This document shows, piece by piece, positions 60,293 through 64,000 of a stretch of DNA of 64,000 bases. Under the pieces are notes generated by a model. It made no database searches, was not told the DNA's origin, and saw nothing but the letters and a program-made list of their open reading frames with translations. Numbering within the stretch: position 1 is the first letter of the stretch; every line of letters starts with the position of its first letter. The stretch lies in NCBI GenBank assembly GCA_964609565.1, contig CAZSSY010000003.1, forward strand, positions 11,519 through 75,518, written 5' to 3'. Source of the stretch: an uncultured Natronomonas sp. (GTDB taxonomy: Archaea > Halobacteriota > Halobacteria > Halobacteriales > Haloarculaceae). Both the position numbers and the translations under genes were made by a program.

Positions 60293-61417
60293 ATGAGTAC
60301 GCTGCAACGGGATCCGCGTGACCGGGTGCAGGTACTCGATGAGGACGGTGGCGTGAACGACGACGCCGAAGTTCCCGATATTGATGATGAAACCCTCATC
60401 GATATGTATCGCGACATGCGACTCGGCCGTCACTTCGATCAACGAGCCGTAAGTCTCCAACGTCAAGGACGGATGGGGACATATCCCCCGATGTCAGGCC
60501 AAGAAGGCGCGCAAGTCGGGAGCGCAACCGCACTCGCGGATACCGACTGGATCTTCCCGAGCTACCGGGAGCATAGCGCAGTTTACGTCAAAGGGCAACC
60601 TCTCCATCAGATTCTCCGGTACTGGATGGGCGATGAACGCGGGAATCAACAGACCGATCTCAATATCTTTCCTGTGGCCGTCCCGATTGCGACACAAATA
60701 CTGCACGCGACGGGCGCTGCCTGGGCATCCGATCTCAAAGGTGAAGAGCATGCATTCCTCTGTTATTTCGGTGATGGTGCGACCTCCGAGGGGGATTTTC
60801 ATGAGGGGTTGAACTTTGCCGGCGTCTTCGATCTCCCGGTTGTGTATTTCTGTAATAACAATCAATGGGCAATCTCGGTCCCTCGGGAACAACAGTCTGC
60901 GTCGGCGACGTTAGCACAGAAAGCCCACGCGTATGGCTTCGAAGGGGTTCTTGTCGACGGAATGGATCCGCTGGCGGTCTATCAAGTGACGCACGACGCC
61001 ATCATGCAGGCCAAACAGCCAGATCCGGCAGATGATGCAGCGCCGGGCCGAGCGATGCGGCCAACTCTCATTGAGGCCATCCAGTACCGATTTGGCGCCC
61101 ATACCACGGCTGACGACCCGTCCGTCTATCGGGACGATGATGAGGTTGAACGATGGAAGCGGAAAGATCCAATTCCTCGCTTGGAAGCGTTCCTCCGGGA
61201 CCAAGGACTCCTGGATTCGGAATCGATCGATGCGATCGAACAAGCCGTTGAGGATGAAGTGGCCGACGCTATTAGCACTGCTGAAGCCATTGAACGCCCA
61301 GAGCCTGCTGACATGTTTGACCACGTCTATGCATCACCCACCCACCAACTAGACGAACAACGGGAATACCTCGAACAGTTACGCGACCGTCATGGGGATG
61401 AGGAGCTCTTGGAATGA
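60293..61417 (+). CDS. pdhA: 2-oxoacid (pyruvate) dehydrogenase E1 alpha
   Basis: [15 protein letters not shown] motif [17 protein letters not shown]. Confidence 0.95.
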   Translation: MSTLQRDPRDRVQVLDEDGGVNDDAEVPDIDDETLIDMYRDMRLGRHFDQRAVSLQRQGRMGTYPPMSGQEGAQVGSATALADTDWIFPSYREHSAVYVKGQPLHQILRYWMGDERGNQQTDLNIFPVAVPIATQILHATGAAWASDLKGEEHAFLCYFGDGATSEGDFHEGLNFAGVFDLPVVYFCNNNQWAISVPREQQSASATLAQKAHAYGFEGVLVDGMDPLAVYQVTHDAIMQAKQPDPADDAAPGRAMRPTLIEAIQYRFGAHTTADDPSVYRDDDEVERWKRKDPIPRLEAFLRDQGLLDSESIDAIEQAVEDEVADAISTAEAIERPEPADMFDHVYASPTHQLDEQREYLEQLRDRHGDEELLE

Positions 61418-62409
61418 GTACGGATACCGACACGCAGAATTTGACGCTCGTCCAGGCTGTCCGGGACGGACTCCGGTGTGAAATGGAGCGTGACGAGGAC
61501 GTGATCGTCCTTGGTGAGGATGTCGGAAAGAATGGGGGTGTTTTTCGGGCGACAGAGGGATTATACGATGAATTCGGTGACGACCGCGTGATTGACACAC
61601 CGCTTGCCGAGTCAGGGATTGTTGGGACATCGGTCGGGATGGCCGCGTATGGGCTCCGTCCGGTACCGGAGATTCAATTCTCAGGATTCATGTATCCCGC
61701 CTTCGATCAAATCGTCTCTCACGCTGCCCGTCTCCGAACCCGGTCACGCGGCCGATTTCATTGTCCGATGGTGGTCCGTGCACCATACGGTGGCGGTATA
61801 CGAGCGCCAGAGCATCATTCAGAGTCAAAAGAAGCGTTGTATGTCCATGAAGCTGGCTTGAAAGTCGTCATTCCGTCGACCCCGGCAGACACCAAAGGGC
61901 TCCTGGCAGCGGCGATCCGAGATTCTGACCCCGTTGTCTTCCTGGAACCGAAGCTTATCTATCGAGCATTCCGCGAAGACGTACCGACCGACCCGTATAC
62001 CCGTGAACTGGGGACAGCCGCCGTCAGGCGAGAAGGGACGGATGTATCGCTGTTTACGTGGGGAGCGATGACCCGACCGAGCTTGGAAGCCGCTGAATCG
62101 GCCGCTGACGCCGACATCGATGTCGAAGTCGTTGACCTCCGCACGTTGAAGCCGCTCGACACAGACACCGTGGTGGCGTCGTTTAAGAAAACGGGCCGGG
62201 CGGTTATCGTGCATGAAGCACCGAAAACAGGCGGACTTGCGGGTGAACTCACCGCGACCATCCAAGATGAAGCGCTGTACTACCAGGAAGCACCGATACA
62301 GCGGGTCACCGGGTTCGATGTGCCCTATCCATTGTACGCATTGGAGGATTATTATATGCCAGAGGACACTCGCATAGAAGACGCCATCCACGACACGTAC
62401 GAGATGTAA
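61414..62409 (+). CDS. pdhB: 2-oxoacid dehydrogenase E1 beta
   Basis: [39 protein letters not shown]. Confidence 0.96.
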   Translation: MSTDTDTQNLTLVQAVRDGLRCEMERDEDVIVLGEDVGKNGGVFRATEGLYDEFGDDRVIDTPLAESGIVGTSVGMAAYGLRPVPEIQFSGFMYPAFDQIVSHAARLRTRSRGRFHCPMVVRAPYGGGIRAPEHHSESKEALYVHEAGLKVVIPSTPADTKGLLAAAIRDSDPVVFLEPKLIYRAFREDVPTDPYTRELGTAAVRREGTDVSLFTWGAMTRPSLEAAESAADADIDVEVVDLRTLKPLDTDTVVASFKKTGRAVIVHEAPKTGGLAGELTATIQDEALYYQEAPIQRVTGFDVPYPLYALEDYYMPEDTRIEDAIHDTYEM

Positions 62410-62410
62410 C

Positions 62411-63952
62411 ATGGTGTATGAATTCCACCTCCCTGACGTCGGTGAGGGACTGGCTGAAGCCGAAATTGTCCAGTGGCACGTCGAACCCGGTGAGACAGTT
62501 CACGAAGACCAAGTCGTCGCCGAGGTCGAAACAGACAAAGCGGTTGTTGAGGTCCCATCTCCCGTCAACGGAACGGTCCATGAGATCCATGCTGAACCGG
62601 GAGAACTGGTGAACGTCGGAGACGTGATTATCAGTTTTGCCGTCGAGGATGACACACCAGCCGAAGCGGCCGACACTGATACTGAGACGCCGGACGATGA
62701 ATCGGCGGACACCACTCCAGGAGAGACACGTGTCGTTGCCGCGCCCTCGACGAAACGTCTCGCTCGAGAACTTGCTGTTGACATCACCGCGGTGACCGGA
62801 AGCGGCCCGGGGGGACGGGTGACCGATGCCGATGTCCGCCAGGCAGCGGAGCACGACACCGAGACCGATGACGCTGAGACACCTGCCACTGATCACGCCA
62901 CGTCGTCTGTGCAATCTGCCACGCGCAAAGTGACCGATGATGGCGATGATTTAGGCTTCCACCGGTCTCCCGACAGTACAGCTGACGCCGCTGATCGGTC
63001 ACATACGCTGGCCGCCCCAGCCACGCGACGGCTTGCTGACGAACACGGGGTGGATATCGACCATGTCCCGACTGACGAAACACGTGATGGTCACCCATTC
63101 GTCACCCACGAGCAAGTTGCCCAATTTGCTGAAGCTCAACAACAGGCCCAAGCCGCTGATGCCGAAGCACTGGCTCAACAATCTGGCACGATGGGTGACG
63201 TCGATCGTGAGGACGAACGCATCCCATACCGAGGTGTTCGCCGAACTATCGGGACACAGATGGAGCGCTCGAAATTTACGGCTCCGCATGTCACTCACCA
63301 CGACGATGTGGATGTCACCGAGCTCGTGGCGACTCGCACCCGGCTCAATGCATCCCCGGTCGCGAACGATACGAAGCTCACCTATCTCCCATTCATCGTG
63401 AAAGCCGTTGTGGCAGCGTTGAAACAGCACCCGATCCTCAACGCTCAGCTCGATGAAGACAATGACGAAATCATTGTTCGCAGGAATTACCATATCGGTG
63501 TTGCCACGGCCACTGATTCCGGGCTCATGGTTCCCGTTGTTCGGAATGCCGACCGGAAGGGACTCCGGCAGTTGGCCGCGGAGATCGCCGACCTCACCGC
63601 CAAAGCCCGCAACCGGTCAATTAGCCGCGACGAGATGCAAGGCGGGACGTTCACTATCACGAACTTCGGCGCCATCGGTGGCGAATATGCAACACCAATC
63701 ATCAACTATCCTGAAGCAGCCATTCTCGGGGTCGGCGCCATCAAGGACAAACCCCGGGTTGTCCCCGCGGACTCCACTGCCTCTTCACCCGCCGAGACAG
63801 ACGCTCCCGACGACAAGACCATTGCGCCTCGGAAAGTCCTCACGCTCTCGCTGTCTATCGATCATCGCGTCATCGACGGGGCCGATGCGGCGCAGTTTGT
63901 CAATACACTCAAATCATATTTAGCGTCTCCAGACCTGCTCCTGCTGGAATGA
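62411..63952 (+). CDS. pdhC: Dihydrolipoamide acyltransferase E2
   Basis: Lipoyl motif ETDKA, two peripheral-subunit-binding domains, catalytic DHRVIDG. Confidence 0.96.
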   Translation: MVYEFHLPDVGEGLAEAEIVQWHVEPGETVHEDQVVAEVETDKAVVEVPSPVNGTVHEIHAEPGELVNVGDVIISFAVEDDTPAEAADTDTETPDDESADTTPGETRVVAAPSTKRLARELAVDITAVTGSGPGGRVTDADVRQAAEHDTETDDAETPATDHATSSVQSATRKVTDDGDDLGFHRSPDSTADAADRSHTLAAPATRRLADEHGVDIDHVPTDETRDGHPFVTHEQVAQFAEAQQQAQAADAEALAQQSGTMGDVDREDERIPYRGVRRTIGTQMERSKFTAPHVTHHDDVDVTELVATRTRLNASPVANDTKLTYLPFIVKAVVAALKQHPILNAQLDEDNDEIIVRRNYHIGVATATDSGLMVPVVRNADRKGLRQLAAEIADLTAKARNRSISRDEMQGGTFTITNFGAIGGEYATPIINYPEAAILGVGAIKDKPRVVPADSTASSPAETDAPDDKTIAPRKVLTLSLSIDHRVIDGADAAQFVNTLKSYLASPDLLLLE

Positions 63953-64000
63953 ATCCGTCACCCAGGGGAGTGGGCTGCCGGTTGCCTCGTGCAGCGGGGA

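Overview
Chromosomal window from a haloarchaeon (Halobacteria), judged from the very acidic proteins, archaeal PolD/PriL/Hjc/Hef/thermosome genes and leaderless TATA promoters. It is mostly core genome and rich in replication and repair genes: polD1, cgi121-hel308, uvrB, uvrC, priL, hjc, hef and a second Ski2-like helicase. It also holds a PHA cluster (phaJ/maoC, phaR, phaE, phaC, but no phaP), mdh, ilvA, lysC, purO, glyS, thsB, a lipA-pdhABC operon and two tRNAs (Gln-CTG, Ser-GGA). Features the ORF track does not explain: (1) a ~373 bp ORF-less, highly structured IS200/IS605-type element with a TnpB omega-RNA-like right end, inserted in the mdh stop codon; (2) an inverted pair of ORB-like motifs inside the polD1 coding sequence, with cdc6 missing from its usual position; (3) two head-to-head paralogous long GCS2-fold ligases; (4) a zinc-finger/PriX-like gene divergent from priL; (5) a SWIM-hjc-RecA-like trio with a UV-box-like upstream motif; (6) a 47-aa small gene below the ORF cutoff. 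Family assignments come from motif recognition by eye, not database searches.
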